Origin: Balanoglossus misakiensis
Lineage: Eukaryota > Animalia > Hemichordata
Assembly (NCBI GenBank): GCA_040954595.2
Contig: CM082578.2
Span: forward strand, 15,298,998 to 15,362,997
Reading direction: 5' to 3'
Length of the DNA: 64,000 nucleotides
Shown here piece by piece: positions 9,912-24,100 of this stretch. How positions within the stretch are numbered: the first letter of the stretch is position 1; the number at the start of each line of letters is the position of its first letter. Both the position numbers and the translations under genes were made by a program. The notes under the pieces are model-generated. The model searched no databases, was not told where the DNA came from, and worked only from the letters and a program-made list of their open reading frames with translations.

Positions 9912-12900
9912 CACAAATAAATGCATGTTCACGAATTGGAAAAAGGCATGTGCCAGCTATTTCACTAAACTGTTGACAGCACTCGTGACGAAACGCGTAG
10001 ATATCAGCTTTATTCAGTGTCAGAAGATTCTGGATCATCTTTATGTCGTCACGAACACCTTGTGTGCCTGAATTGTCCGTCGTGAGGTAGAAGACTTGGG
10101 TAGATTCTCCGTAAATAACTGATGTTATCGCAGCGATTGGCAATTTTCGTTTCATTCACGGTCTTCTGAACAAACGCCGCACAGAAGCTTTAAAGTTATT
10201 TCAGAAACTAGTCGTGTCACGTAATAATATGCATTGCTGTGCGGTTGCAATTCAGTAATGATGGACTTTTAAGAAGTCGATTAAACGATTGTGATTTACA
10301 TTCGTTATGGGTTGTGTACACATCGGCAATTCATGCCATCTTGGTAGTTCAATCGTCACCGGTCAAAAATCAAGTCTCATCAATTCTAAACATATTAGAC
10401 TGGATGGTAATGATTGGCGTCATACTGTTACGCGCCAACTCGATTGAAAATTACTGTTTGTGGTAAAGCAGTCTTAAGCTCTTCAAAGCTGGCGGGGTGG
10501 AATGGCATAGTCACGTGGTGCGAATTCCCTCTGCTTACAAACCTTTCTTGAGAATTAAAGTACATGTAACTGCTCTACTGCAAGCGCGTATGTAGACGTG
10601 GCGTTTCAGTTGCGATTGCTGGATGGACTTTTAATCTGTTGTTTCTTTTAACGCGTACGTAAGGTAGGTTTCAATACTGATGACATTTACGATGTGATTA
10701 ATTCTCTGGTGAATATCGGTTTTTTGTTTTTTGTTTTCATATAGGGCCGTTCGCTTTTTGGCGCGTAAAATGAGAGGTATTATTTTGTCAAATGATAACG
10801 CAATTATATTAGACTCGTGTCAATGATGTTGAATTATCGTAGGTCTCACATGTGTTGCTGTGATAAAGATATACAATCACCTCTAATTTGCATATGCCCA
10901 TATACGGTTAAAGGGCATGTCTAAGTCCTCGAATGACCATGTGGGGGGGGGGGCACTTTTATTTCCTGGTCAGCCCATGAAAATCTGACATCGGCTAAAT
11001 CTCAACTTGTCAAGGTAACTGTGGCTATACTTGTATAGGTGACTGTATACAGTACCTTCACTTGCGGGGTGTCAATAATACAGTCGTGGTTCACAATTCA
11101 AAGACTAATTTACTTCGAGATTATGCGCCAGATGTTACCCTGCTTGTAAGATTTATTCAGAAAAACAAACCTTTTCTACTATTCAGAGGATATAATACCT
11201 TAATAAGAATCAAGGTTAGTAAAACTGTTCTTTGACTTGTCACTTTTGAATTCAATGTCATGTCTTTGTCTGGAAAGGAAGGTTTCAGTTGTGCACTCTT
11301 TCTGTCGATGGTAAATCACATTGCACACAGATCACTCCTGAGTAGAATAAGCTAGACGCGATGTACTTGTGATGCATCGAAAGTAGATTGAGCCGCACTT
11401 TCTCCTGCAGAATATAGCCTAGGCTTAAAACTATGCCGAAATTTGGATTGATTAGAAAATTAGAGCGAAAAGTGGGGAGATAATGCTTCCTATGTACGAC
11501 ATTACACATGCGAGGATGCAACATTTAATTTCTATGTTATACAAAATCGGTGACAATTACTCTCTTGTCGTCCACGTGATAATGAGCTGACTTATTATTG
11601 GCTACGTGTTAGTGACGCAACAATGTGACCTATTGCAAAAATATTAAAAACATTCCCCATTAAAGCTAACTTTTAGCTAAGTATTATTAAGCTACAAGTA
11701 AGCTGTCCGTCGTCCTGGATATTTTAAAGATGACAAATGTACATGCACACATTTTAATTCTTTTGGCTATGATTACGTTTGTGAGAGGTGGTTTAACTAC
11801 GATTAAATGTCAGCAACAGATGAATGTATGCATGTGGGATGGGAGATTTGAATAATGAACTTGATAGAAAGTTCAGATATTTAGCGGCGACACTATTGGG
11901 CTTGGAGTGAAGATACTTTTATGATATGCTCTATCCTTTCACCATTACGTAGTACTGAGTATCAATGTGAATCTTGTTGTCGTTAATGTAGATAGTCGCC
12001 AGTTATCAGTTCTGGAGTTATCAGGTTATATCACAGATGTGTGTGTCCCAGGTGAAATGTTACACTTCAAGATTGAAATGTTAAAATAGTGCGCTAATTG
12101 AGTTACGGCGCCTTCGGGAATTGGAGGAATATCAGAAAGTGGTGGGATACCCCGGATGTTTAGGATTAGCTACAAGAAACACAGACACGCGGGGATCTTG
12201 AAACCACGATCTGTGGGTTTAACAGACAAGGCAGGCAAGATGGCGTTGATCAAAAGCCGATTTGATGGAAAATTTAATGGGCGTTAGGTATCTTGGGAAA
12301 TCTCTCTCGTTGCATCAATAGAGCAGAACATGAAAAAGCAAATGTTGGGGCTTTACATGCCACAGGTTAATGGGTGACGGGTTTTAACAAATATAGGCCT
12401 ACCTACATCCTTAATCATGGGATTTCAATCGAGATCTCAGGCGACATAAGTTTGATTTCATTTTAACTGAAGTTCTCTCACTGGTAAATACTGCAGTTTG
12501 ATTTTCACCTCGAGCTCCACATTTAAATTTTTGCGTACATATTTTTATCGCGGCGACAAAAAATAAATGCTTTCATAATTTACAGGAGCCTATAGACATT
12601 TCGTAAGTGTGACTGTTTATATTCCTTGTCACATTGGCAAGATGTTGACGCTACAGGCCGGTGTTAGTGCAGCTACAGCCATTATATTTGCAAGCTTATC
12701 GAGCATGAAGACATCGCCATTAAACATTTAAACACAGATAAGCAGAGCGAAACGAAACGAGACGCCCAGAGTCTGAGTTGTCTGTTTGACGTCTCTCTTG
12801 ATTAAAGGGACAATAGCTGTAAAATGTGATGATTATTTCACAACTTCGCTCTGTGCAAAAACTGCATGTTTTGTTCTACTTGCTAAAGCATGCATAAATG

Positions 12901-15900
12901 CAAATATTCAGCTTGTCAGTAAAGTGGGTATACGTGTAAAGTGGACTATTATTGTCTCCAATAACATGGTTATACGTGTGATGACAAGCAGGATAGCTGG
13001 GCATGACAACACGTTGTGGGGTGTAGAACAAGACGACCCCCGTGTAGTAAATACACGTAATAACAGGTACACGGTTATCTGCATACCAGTTCAATTTATA
13101 TGGAAACATTATACTGAGATACAAGATCGTCTACATAGCAGGCCGAGTTATCGAGTTATATTGAAACATAACACTACCAAAGCCTGAACGACTGTCCTTA
13201 TTCAGTGGACCAATGCTCAAGAAAAAAATTATTTATAACACTACACAATTTAGCTCTGTAGAAGATATGCGTTGATGCAGCTACGAGATGAGGAGACGAC
13301 TCCTTTCAGGTCGATTTTGGCGTCTGTGTGAAGGACACTGACATGTGACAGTTTGCCAATTATCGCAGGCATTACTTCTCGTTACAAACCGCGATTGATT
13401 TAAGACCACGGGAGCAATGCTTATCAGTCTGCCGATGTGATCTAGCAGGGTATAGAGGGCCTGTATTGCGGTGGGCAAAATGTACGCAGCATGTCGTTGG
13501 TAATGATTCCTTGCCACTTCTGTAAATTGAAGCTTCACTGTCCGTCATTAGATTTCACAGCGGTGGCATTCAGTGTTGAAGAATGTAATCATGCGTGGAC
13601 ACGACGTGAACGTCACAATCCGCTCCACGAACGATAAACAAGGTAGTTTTTTTTTCCATCGAATAAACGTTAATATGATACAAATTTCTTTTCAATCGGT
13701 TAGCCAACTTCGCTCAAATAGAGAAATACCCACAATACCCCGCTTCTGAAATTTCCATTATGTCTGACAGCGAGTGTCGAAAACTCAAATTATCTAAAAG
13801 TGTCAGCCATAAAATATTTTCACGATTCAGTTATTCGGTTGCATGGGTTTGGTGAAACGTTACATAATAGTGACTTATAATTCATTTATTTCCTGTCTCA
13901 ATTTCAGGATTGTTCTTGTGGTGAGATATTCATAGTACATTAAACAAAAATTCGTTCCGTACATATCGTACGTACCCGGTGCATATCATGGCATCATGAA
14001 TATCAATGATGCTGTCGAACATTAAAACATCGTTCGAGTGTCAGATGAATTTCCGAACTTACATCACTACATTTACAGTGCCACTTGGGTTCTCAGATCC
14101 GATTAGCCTGTACATGTCCCAAGAGAAGCATGGCCCCCATAATTTCATTTATAAACCTGTCGATTTTATTGCAAGGTGCATCGCTTGGTCCCATGGGACT
14201 CCGAGTGAGTGCAAACTACACGTATCAACAGGTTCAATGTATTGCATCAAGCAGTATTTCCAAAAACATATGCGGAAAGAGCAGTACGAGTGCAGATTTT
14301 GGACTAACGGCCAATCGGCATGTGATAAAGTGTTTATCGCTCGAATTCACCTGTTCGTTCGGTATTGCCAAGAGTCTGGTTGTTGACCACATCGATTGAA
14401 TCAAAAACGAGTGCCCTGCGATAAAATGATCATTTAAACTACAACATACAGAAACTCGCTTCAATGTAGTTTGCATTATTCATTGAACGCGTGTGTGTAT
14501 TAGGGTGAGCGTGGACCCGTTATACTCCCCCGTCATTGACGCCAAATCCTAACTACAGGCACACGATTGAATGCGACTTAATCCCTAAATAATGTTTCGT
14601 TCTTGGCTGGATAAGTTTGCGTGCAGTTTTGCGTATCCTTTGGCTTGGATTAGTATGCGAAATGTGAAACTTGTATACGAGTATTACAACGTCAGGTTTA
14701 AGGTCAACTTTTATTATATACTGTAGACCCCCAGGCTGCACGTGGAAAACGTCATGGATAGCGTAGGTAAACGATTCACCATTGGTTTTAGGTGCCTTTA
14801 TGGCTTATCGATGTAATGATTCATGCTGAGCAGAATACGTATACACAGAAAGATTGGCTGCACTATAGTGATGATCTCTGCATGAGCTCAGTCAGCGTTT
14901 AGTGAGCGTTGTTAATATGGACCAGCCGCATATAGGTGTGCATTAGATCTATAAGTTCTGTTCTCAGTGTCTGTATGTCAATGCTCTGGTAAGATGTGCC
15001 TTTAACAAAAAAAAGGCTTGAGTTGTTAACTGCAAAGTGCGCATGTGCTGATCCACTTGTTTGAAAACACGGCAGACTCAAAATGGCTGAAGGCAAACGA
15101 GAAGGATTGCATTAAATTTGAAGCTTTTGTCCCATGCCCACACACATGCTCATGATGCTTTAACGAAGCAACGATGACTCGACGTAGAAATCGAAGTAGT
15201 CGTCCCATTCTCAATCCACGATCATTGTGATTGGAAACTTGATCCAAAGTTCCAACAGAAAAAAGGCTATCAATCACGCAAGCTGTCCGTGCACAACATA
15301 AAATCGACTCTAGAGTTTAAAATCTCAAGTCGATGAAATGAGACTGACATACTTCTTTCGTAAATTAATGTAGTAAGTAAATGGTTGAAGACATAATCGA
15401 CGACGTTTTGTTTGTGCTGAATTGCCTGCAAACTATTCCGCGCACTTCCTTGTTAAAGAAGCAATTTTGAAATTGCTGTCACGTGACACGGTCTAAAGTA
15501 ATCCTTCACAGGATGTCGGTACCTTTGTTCAAAATCCCACAGCCCAGTTGTAGTTGAAAGATGCATTTTTTCTGCTATCTTGAAATTTAATGTGACGTCT
15601 TTGAGACTCTTGGGACTTAGCCTTCCGTATTAGGCACGATCCAACAAATTCTCACATGCGCAATTGACACAAAGTATATATAGTCTATATAGTCTATACA
15701 TATATAGACGATGAATATAATGATCTCACATGGTAAACGATTCAATTTGGTTGGCATGTATATGACACCATTATTTAAACAAAAACATATGTTGCTCAAT
15801 TAATAGTGTACAATGTGTTTGAATTTCCTTCATAATTAAGTCTAATACAACTGCCAGATGGCAATTTAGTTGTAGTTTCACCTATAGTGTCATTAATTAG

Positions 15901-17017
15901 ACTCAACAGAACCTGTGTCGGTTAAATTTAGGCGTAGCCAATATTGATGTGATGCCGTACCCTGTTTGCTTACACACTGTGTCCGATGCCCTCCTATGAT
16001 TTCTGAAATTTTGTGAGTGACCTTCCCCGTGCCATCACTTGCTGCGTGTCTGGGGGGCAAATGTCAGTCAGCGTTTTGGAAGCCTCACTGATGATTCAAC
16101 ATTTCAGACATTAGCTATAACATCGCAACAGCCAGACCGCTCGTGTGGAATACTCAGAAGGGTTGCTAATACACTTACATGTGCTATGTAAAGCAATCGT
16201 GTTAGATTTCCATTCTATAAGATTTCCAATGGGTTGAACATTTAACTTTATCAAGAAAACGGGATTACGTAAAATTAGAATTATGTAAAAAAAAGCTAAA
16301 AACCTGAAGAAAAAACTTTGAAAACCCCTTTCCCTGTGGTCAGGCGGGTTACAATTACAATGTAGTGCTTTATAGATATTACAAGTGGATGCTAAGGGAA
16401 ATATCTTGTATTTGTATCTGGCACGATTCGTAGTAATTCGAATAAGCTTGGGAATATAGCGGTAACAATGTTACATGCCGAAAGTTAACTAAATAAAGAA
16501 AATAAAGTGTATTGTATCTCGAGAATTGGTCGTGCTGTTCAAGAAATGTAATTTTCGATTCCTTTGATGACAACATGCTTCTCATGTAATTCTATAGGCC
16601 TATGTTTGACTACCGGTAAGAGGTTCATACATCCGGGGATATTGCTCTGTGAAAAGTTTGCGAAATCAATAGAGTATAAGAAACTGCTCAAGTTACCGTC
16701 AGTAATAACAGAGATACGCTCTGTGCACTTACATTTCTGTGTGACCTTGTGGAATCGTCACTGAAGCACTAAGTACATTATTTTTGTAGAAAATGAAGGC
16801 GGGAGCTAAATGTGATGTGTGCCAGTGCCACAATTATACACTTCTCTGCAGACAATACGGTTGCTATGATGATTTGCTAACATATTTCCATCAAGAATAA
16901 CGCGACGAAAGTAGCTTTTTTGCTCATTATATGCATTTGTGAGGTTTTTAGTAGAAGAGAATTTAGAGATAAAATTTAATCACGTTTTCTCTTTTTTTTC
17001 TCCCAGATGTTTATATA

Positions 17018-18151
17018 ATGGAGCAATTTCAAGATGATTCGGCAAATACCAGCTTTTACTTTTGGTATGGAGACTTTTACGCCAACTTCACCATGGGTCC
17101 GTGTTTCATCGACCCAACCGTTGAGTTCTACACGAGAGCCATTCTCGGTTGCATCGCATTTTTGGGGAATATTTCCTTCATGTTCGTTGTGTGCCGCGTG
17201 AAATCGACGAGGACAATTCCGAACATGTACTTCATCAACCTGGCCGTGGTGGATATGTTGATGATTGTGACGGAATTGAGTTATGACATCATCAACCAGC
17301 TGAGCGTGCTCGGCCATTTGCCTTACTACCAGAATCTCGTTCTCTTTCAAGAAGTCATCCCTAAAGCCTGGATATTTGTGACGACGACATTTCTATGTAC
17401 AGCGCTTTTGACCATCACCTTGATCAGTATTGACAGGTACATCGCTGTCTGCCATCCTTTTAAAGCAAACATGCTCAGGATCAGAAGCAAGAAACGAGTG
17501 ATCTCTCTGATGGCCTTCACATGGGTGATGGGGATTGGCTTAGGATCCTTCGCCTTGTTTACTTTCTACATCAATCCAGACGACAAATTATTCGTGGCAT
17601 GTTGCATCCTTTTCACTTTGGTCACCGTTTTGCCTGTCTGTTTAGTCATCATATGCTACACTCTGGTCATGATCAAAATTCTGTTGCTGAAGAGACCAAC
17701 TCATCTAACGGCCAAGAAATTGAGAAAACGTAGGAAACGCAGTTCTCACGGGTCAAGCGAAGAGCAACACGTTTTAATATTGTGTGGCATGATTACAGTT
17801 TTGTTCTTCATCTGTTTCGCGCCACTGGCCATCAATCAGCTGATTGAGACGTATTCGAGGATTTTACAAGTTTCACCAATCAGTACGGGCATCAGAACAT
17901 GCCTGACAGCGACGCAAACGATTGCCTTGCTCGTCCACCTGGCGCTCAGCCCAATCCTTTACAACGTAGGCAGTCACGTGAGAAGAAGAGCTTTTCGGAA
18001 GGCGTTCTGTTGCCTGTGGTGCTGTTGCTGCTGTCTAACATGTAGGTCACATGACAGATACGTTTACTGTGACAGAACAGTGCATGAACTTCGATACTTA
18101 AACGATAGACGAACTAGCGCCAGAGGCTCCACAAGATTGAGTGACCTATAA
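17018..18151 (+). CDS. Class A (rhodopsin-like) orphan GPCR, single main coding exon
   Basis: 377 aa with 7 hydrophobic segments. Motifs: GN (TM1), NLAVVD (TM2), SIDRYIAVCHP (TM3), TW (TM4), LP...CY (TM5), FFICFAP (TM6), SPILY (TM7 NPxxY variant), FRKAF (helix 8), then a Cys run. N-glycan sequons at N10 and N23. Strong splice acceptor ending at 17006. Confidence 0.93.
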   Translation: MEQFQDDSANTSFYFWYGDFYANFTMGPCFIDPTVEFYTRAILGCIAFLGNISFMFVVCRVKSTRTIPNMYFINLAVVDMLMIVTELSYDIINQLSVLGHLPYYQNLVLFQEVIPKAWIFVTTTFLCTALLTITLISIDRYIAVCHPFKANMLRIRSKKRVISLMAFTWVMGIGLGSFALFTFYINPDDKLFVACCILFTLVTVLPVCLVIICYTLVMIKILLLKRPTHLTAKKLRKRRKRSSHGSSEEQHVLILCGMITVLFFICFAPLAINQLIETYSRILQVSPISTGIRTCLTATQTIALLVHLALSPILYNVGSHVRRRAFRKAFCCLWCCCCCLTCRSHDRYVYCDRTVHELRYLNDRRTSARGSTRLSDL

Positions 18152-21100
18152 CTTTACAGGGTAATTTCCCAGGGCGATAATTAGGCTGAACTTGGATGCC
18201 AAGCTTTTATGTCGACTTTAATTTCGTCGTGCATTCAATGCCTACGGACTAAATATCCCCAATTCACATGCTTGGATATAAAGTCGTGTTATTAAGTGTC
18301 TGTTTTAAGAACGAGGTCACATCCGGCCGTGATAAAAAGCAAGAGTTAAAACACGCGTCGCATGAAACATCGTTAATGAGTAGAAAGCTCACTCTGAGAC
18401 GGATCACGAAAAGCAATTAACAAAATGCCGCCTATACCATCGTTCCTCCCAACTTCAACGAACGTAACACAAATTCTCCGTCCGTCCTACTAGAAATGTA
18501 TTTCCACCACTTCCCATAAAATAAACAATATACGCCAATCCTATCTCTGCTCATCGGGGAAATTACGAACTTGAAAACTGGACCAATGCATTCAGTATCT
18601 ATACTTCGTAAGCAATCTCGTTGCTACTTTGTGTCTATATGTTTAAGCAACGTGGCTCCATCCATGCTTTTCGTTTCCATTTTCTGAGCAACTAATTTAT
18701 TTTAACGTTGCCCTGAATTTTAAGAGAGTTAGAAATACATTATGTTGGTTTTACGGAATGACGTCGATCTGTTTTGCCTGACTCTACTGGCACGTGACTT
18801 GAATCTTCAGCGCAGCAAATTCAATCACTGCAAATCAGGTAATTAAGGAAGGCTAATTAACACAGGCACATTTACGTCGCGGATGTATATACTTTTAGAC
18901 ATAGCATTGTATTTTACGTAGCAATGTGGTCAAACGACCCTCACACCTATCGCACTTCTTATGTACAGAAAGTATATTACAGGTACTGCACAGGTAAACC
19001 TTTGATATTTCATCAGGAAACCCGAATCACAATTCCGTCGGTACAATACAGCAATCGCGTTCCTCTGGTCAATAACACCCAGGCGAATGGTGGGTATTTT
19101 AATCGCAAAACAGGGTTGTTTGTGTGCAATAAAATTGAAGCTAAGCCTAATTTCTGACCACATCTAGAGTAACGCACGTCACAATGTTCTAGTGATGCTA
19201 TCATCTCATGCAAACAGCCAGGTTTAATCTAATATTGCAAAGCTTCCCAAGTGTTCAAGGGCACTCCTACGACAATCCAAACATTCGAAAGGCTCAGCCA
19301 TGCAAGCCAGCTGTAATTTTGCCTTTGCGAAATTAAATGCGTTGGCGAAAAAAACATCACACGCCAAACTTAATCTTGAGCCCTGACCTAATTCACATGA
19401 CATGAAGTGGCTTCGGATATTTAGTGATCTTCAACATTTGACAACTGTCTCCTAGTGCACTGCTCTTTGAAACGGGCATCGGCCAAGCCAAAATGGCGAA
19501 CCCGCAGGCTAACGTCACACGGCTATACATGAATTATTCCTGACAGCACAATTCTGTGAACATGTGACCGTGTATAGTTACCTACCCATTTTGTTTTTAC
19601 TTTATGTAATATACATGTACGATGATTTCATTAAAGTATGTCCTTACGAGAACTCAACGAAAGGACATACACTTGTAGAGTTTGCGATGTCTATCACTTC
19701 AATTATTCTTTTGAACACAAAATCGTGATGGTAGTGAGCGTTCTTGTAAGATCTTTTGCCAATGTGCCTTTACGATTAAATCAATATCATGCCATATCCA
19801 TATCAAGTTACTTGTCATTTGTTGACAGGGCCCTAACCCTCTTGTTCACAAAGACGTCATATCATGTTGACTGGTTTGTAAACGTGAAAGATGTACGGCT
19901 AGAAGTTGTCTGTCAGTCAGAAATATGAATTGTATTTGGTGAAAGCGCACGCAACACGATTTTGAGAAACAGAAATTGTATCTTCTCATCTATAACACGA
20001 TGTAATACGCAACTTTTCCTTTTGAAATGTTTTCTTCATAATGTGTATTGGTACATAACGATTAGATGGCTTTTAAATAAATGTGATATCAATTTAACGT
20101 GACTTTGGATTTATTCTTTGATTTTGTAAAAATAAACAAATATGCTGTAGTGTTTGTTTAAATCATAAATGCGTGAATCAGTGAATTTTATATGCTATAC
20201 CATGATCTTTCAATTCCATCCATTCTTTCAAGGCCGTAAGTCGGGAAATTTGATCTGACGTACAAAACTACTACTTTGGATGTACAGGATATACAGGGAT
20301 TTTTTTTTAGAAATTTAACTTCATTCTGTCGCAATTACTGGTCACGACAACTTTCAGCCCGTATTCCCAAGGAAAAAAAGGATTGACAAGGATTTGGCAA
20401 AACTCATTTATTTATGTATTCATAGTAAGCAAGTAATTTTGTGCGAGTATTCGATAAATTTAGTCTATTCAGTCTTGATTGACAGCCAAGACATTTGTCT
20501 GGCCGCTTTTGCAGTGAAGTGTCGGAGAGGCGTCAGCTATCAAAAAGGAACAGCTCAGTTATCATTATGTAATTGATTAAATCGATTAACCTGTGAGTAA
20601 GAGTACAATGATATCTGAAAGAAGCTCTACTATGACATTTGTACAATTAGCATGCACGACGCGTGTGATGGCTTTGATTAATTTCGGAGACAGAAAATCC
20701 ATAAAGGTGGTTCCACAGACGAGCGAAAGGAACAGTTTGGCTAGAGAAGGACATGAACGAGCAGCAAAATTATTAGCATTGAGGAAAGATTACTCAAAAA
20801 TACAATGCAAATATTCGTTTTTCGATGACATTATCAAGACGTTCAGATACCATGGATATCATTCTGAAGAGTAAATATCGTATAGCGCACGTCACCGCAT
20901 GATGTACAAACATAATGTAGAGAACAAGCCGGCCGGAATTTGCTTCGATTTCACGCCTGTGGCACATGAATAGGCAACGTGCTTTATTTCGCTTGACGGC
21001 GGAAGTGATTTGGGTAACCATACTCTCTGTGGAAACCGAACTTCCGAATCGCACGGAATATTCACTCTCCGAAGCCTAATGTACCGTTGATTTTTATACC

Positions 21101-24100
21101 TCTTTAGGGCTTGAAAAGTAAACAACCTCATTATCTTTCAGACTAGCTCAGTCGCTTTCGTGGAATATGGATACGTCATGATGACGTTAATAATCCACAT
21201 ATTTTAACGTTGTGCTTCGGGCCATCGAGAATATTTAATGAGCATTGCTAGAAATTAAGAACACCTGGATTTGGTGACTTCTTGCAATCTTGCACCGGTG
21301 GATTTAATGATTCTTGCAATTGGGTATAATGGAAAGAACAGACATGAAGTCATAAGTGGTAGGAATCGTTTCATACTATAATTTATGAGAGAATCTTTTC
21401 CCTATCTATCTATCAAATTTCTGAATAAGTCGTATACATTGTAATTGGCAAAATAGATTAATAGTAATATATATTAATGATCGGCTTCGTTCATTGCACC
21501 ATACGTTGTGGATCATTTTTCACGTAAATAAAATACGATACAATGATTCTTGCTAAACACTGACTTATACCAAACTGAATTGGCGTTCTGTTAATGTTAA
21601 AAGGTGACGAGCTATTATCTTATGATGCATGTCTATCGGCATAGATACAATTGGGGATTGGTTATTCTAAGTTGTTAGTGCAGCCGAACGTTTAAAAGAA
21701 GAAGTATCATCATTTTAATCAATTTATATGATTTTGTACGGAAATACCTTTCCCTATCCTGATCATGTTTGTGGTCGTCGACCAAGCAAGCTTTATAATA
21801 CTTCATATGTCTCTTGTGGTAGACGAATTGCTGCAGTCAGCGGGGAAATTTATACACGTACATATATAATAGTTTTGGCAACTCTTGGGAACCATTCACG
21901 CTAATCAACCCTGTTAATCGAGGGGGACAACGAGAGATTACATTTTTTTATGCAGTGGCGACCGAGAGACAAGCGAATGCGAGACTCATATTGTATTCAT
22001 AGGTTATCGTATTCTTACAAAAATGTATGAAGACGTTAAGTGGTAACAAGTTGCACACCAGGCCTATTGCTCAGCATATTTTTATACATTTGTTGTGTTT
22101 ACATCCCGAAAGAACAAACGTGAAAATTTTGTGTAAAACATCCCTTTTTCTGTAAGCAATAATGCTTATGACGCACATCCTATTATTATTAAATGGCGCG
22201 GCGCAAGTGAAAAAAAGTCTGGTATCCCTTTCGGGGAAGAATTGGATTGTGGGAATAATACCCCTGTCTTTTAACAGTATTCAGTTCTATAGATTATACA
22301 CAAACATCGCCCGAGTCCGCGAGCAAAGCAAATTATCAATCATAATCCATCACTGAAATATTAATGAGGATGTGAGATAAATGTGTTTTTCAACGTTATA
22401 TGCCTGTAACATCAGTTTTGTAAGCTTTATAATCTATCATGTCGATATTGTACAAAATCTGGTTAAACTTTGTGTCAGTCAAAATACTAAAATGGTGATG
22501 CCCACAAAAACCAGAGCTGTGGTTTTTCAGAGTTGTTTAACATACAGAATGTTTCTTTCCATGTGCGTAAGCCCCCTCGATACAAGTGATTTCAAGTCTT
22601 CATGCTTTGACCGAGAGGGAAAAAAGACACGTTTGAAGAGTTCAATGAACCCATAGGAGCCATGGAGATACCCGTGAGTAATCATGGGAGAGCCGCGTGG
22701 TTGTGAAACGTAGGAGTATCCAATAACATCACTTCGTGACGAGAACTCGGTGCAAAAGTTATCAGTCTCATTATTTTCAAGCTCGTGTGATGTGGAAGTA
22801 ATTTTCCTACAAAAGAAGCAATCATATAGGATAGCCACTCTCCATCGCATGACATTTCGGAGAGGTGTATACTTTATGGGGGAGTCATCCGCTACAGCAT
22901 TCATTTTTAAGTTTTTCGGTTTTATGTGTCAATTCGGTAATTGGAAAAGGATATCCCTTAAATCATACAATTTGTTGGGAAAAGTAATACGGAGTAACTT
23001 GCTGTATCATATTCCCGTAAATTTGAGTTTAAGGGAAATTTGGAATATCCCCCTATGTCTAAATGACTGTAATACAAGTGGGTCTATACTTAAGCATTAA
23101 TCAGGAAAATTAACAGACTCAGCCTGAACATGATGAAACATGTATTTGACGTAACGGTGTTCTGCAATTTGGGAAATGGCCGAAATTTTTTTTTTTTTTT
23201 TTTGGGGGGGGGGGAGGAAAATGCAACTCCCTTCCAAAACAAGATTAAACAAATCTCTGCCGCAATACAGGCTTTCAGTGTTTAAATAATAAATTCCCAC
23301 AGTTTCGCACTTTTCATTCGGAAACGGATGTTGTTCTCGTCCATAGAGGATTACTTTTGATTGGCGGTTCGACAGCACGCAATTAAACATGGTCGTGAGA
23401 AAGGGGATTTTATAATATTTTTATCGCAAAATCATCCCCAAGGCCCTTGGTCATGGCTAAATACAAAAGGCTGGTGATAATTGCTGATAAATGCTTGTCG
23501 TGACTGGGGTAGATCATTCACGCCACCGTATTTCAACACAAAGTTACGATTTGGAGCCTTGCAACCTTAGTCTAAATTTTAAATGGAGAATAACATACAT
23601 GTAATATACCAATTACTATCTCTATTTTCTCGAATGCAAAATAATTATCTGTGCCATAGGCATATATCTGTTATTAACATCTCCTTAGTCATTATGGTGT
23701 TTGTTGAAAAATTATCGTTTTGGGCCAGTGAATGGCTCTCCAGGTGATGTATGAGTATCTATGTTGGGATTGAATCCCAAACATACGGCAGACCAATTTG
23801 CCTAGCAAAGAACTCGAATGACGTATGGGTGTTTCCTTTGACAATGACGGAGGCCTTTCATCAAATCTATATGTACTGCTTTTTTTCTTCAACTTCAGAG
23901 TAGTTGAAGTTGCATGGTAATGTAGTACCACGGAGAGGATGTGTAAATATTAAAAAGTTTACTTTTCTAATATTTCAAGGGGAAACTACAACGTACTATG
24001 TATAATAATGGGCTAACTGAATACATGTAATACAAGTTTTGGCTTTTCTGCATTTATCCTTCAAAGCGACTCGGAGGATCTCGAACTACTTGTCATGGCT

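Noticed and set aside
12786-14476. ORFs of 104-133 aa, and a ttaaagggaca motif at ~12802 resembling a TTAA-type MITE end
   Set aside because: No domain recognised and no matching inverted end found.
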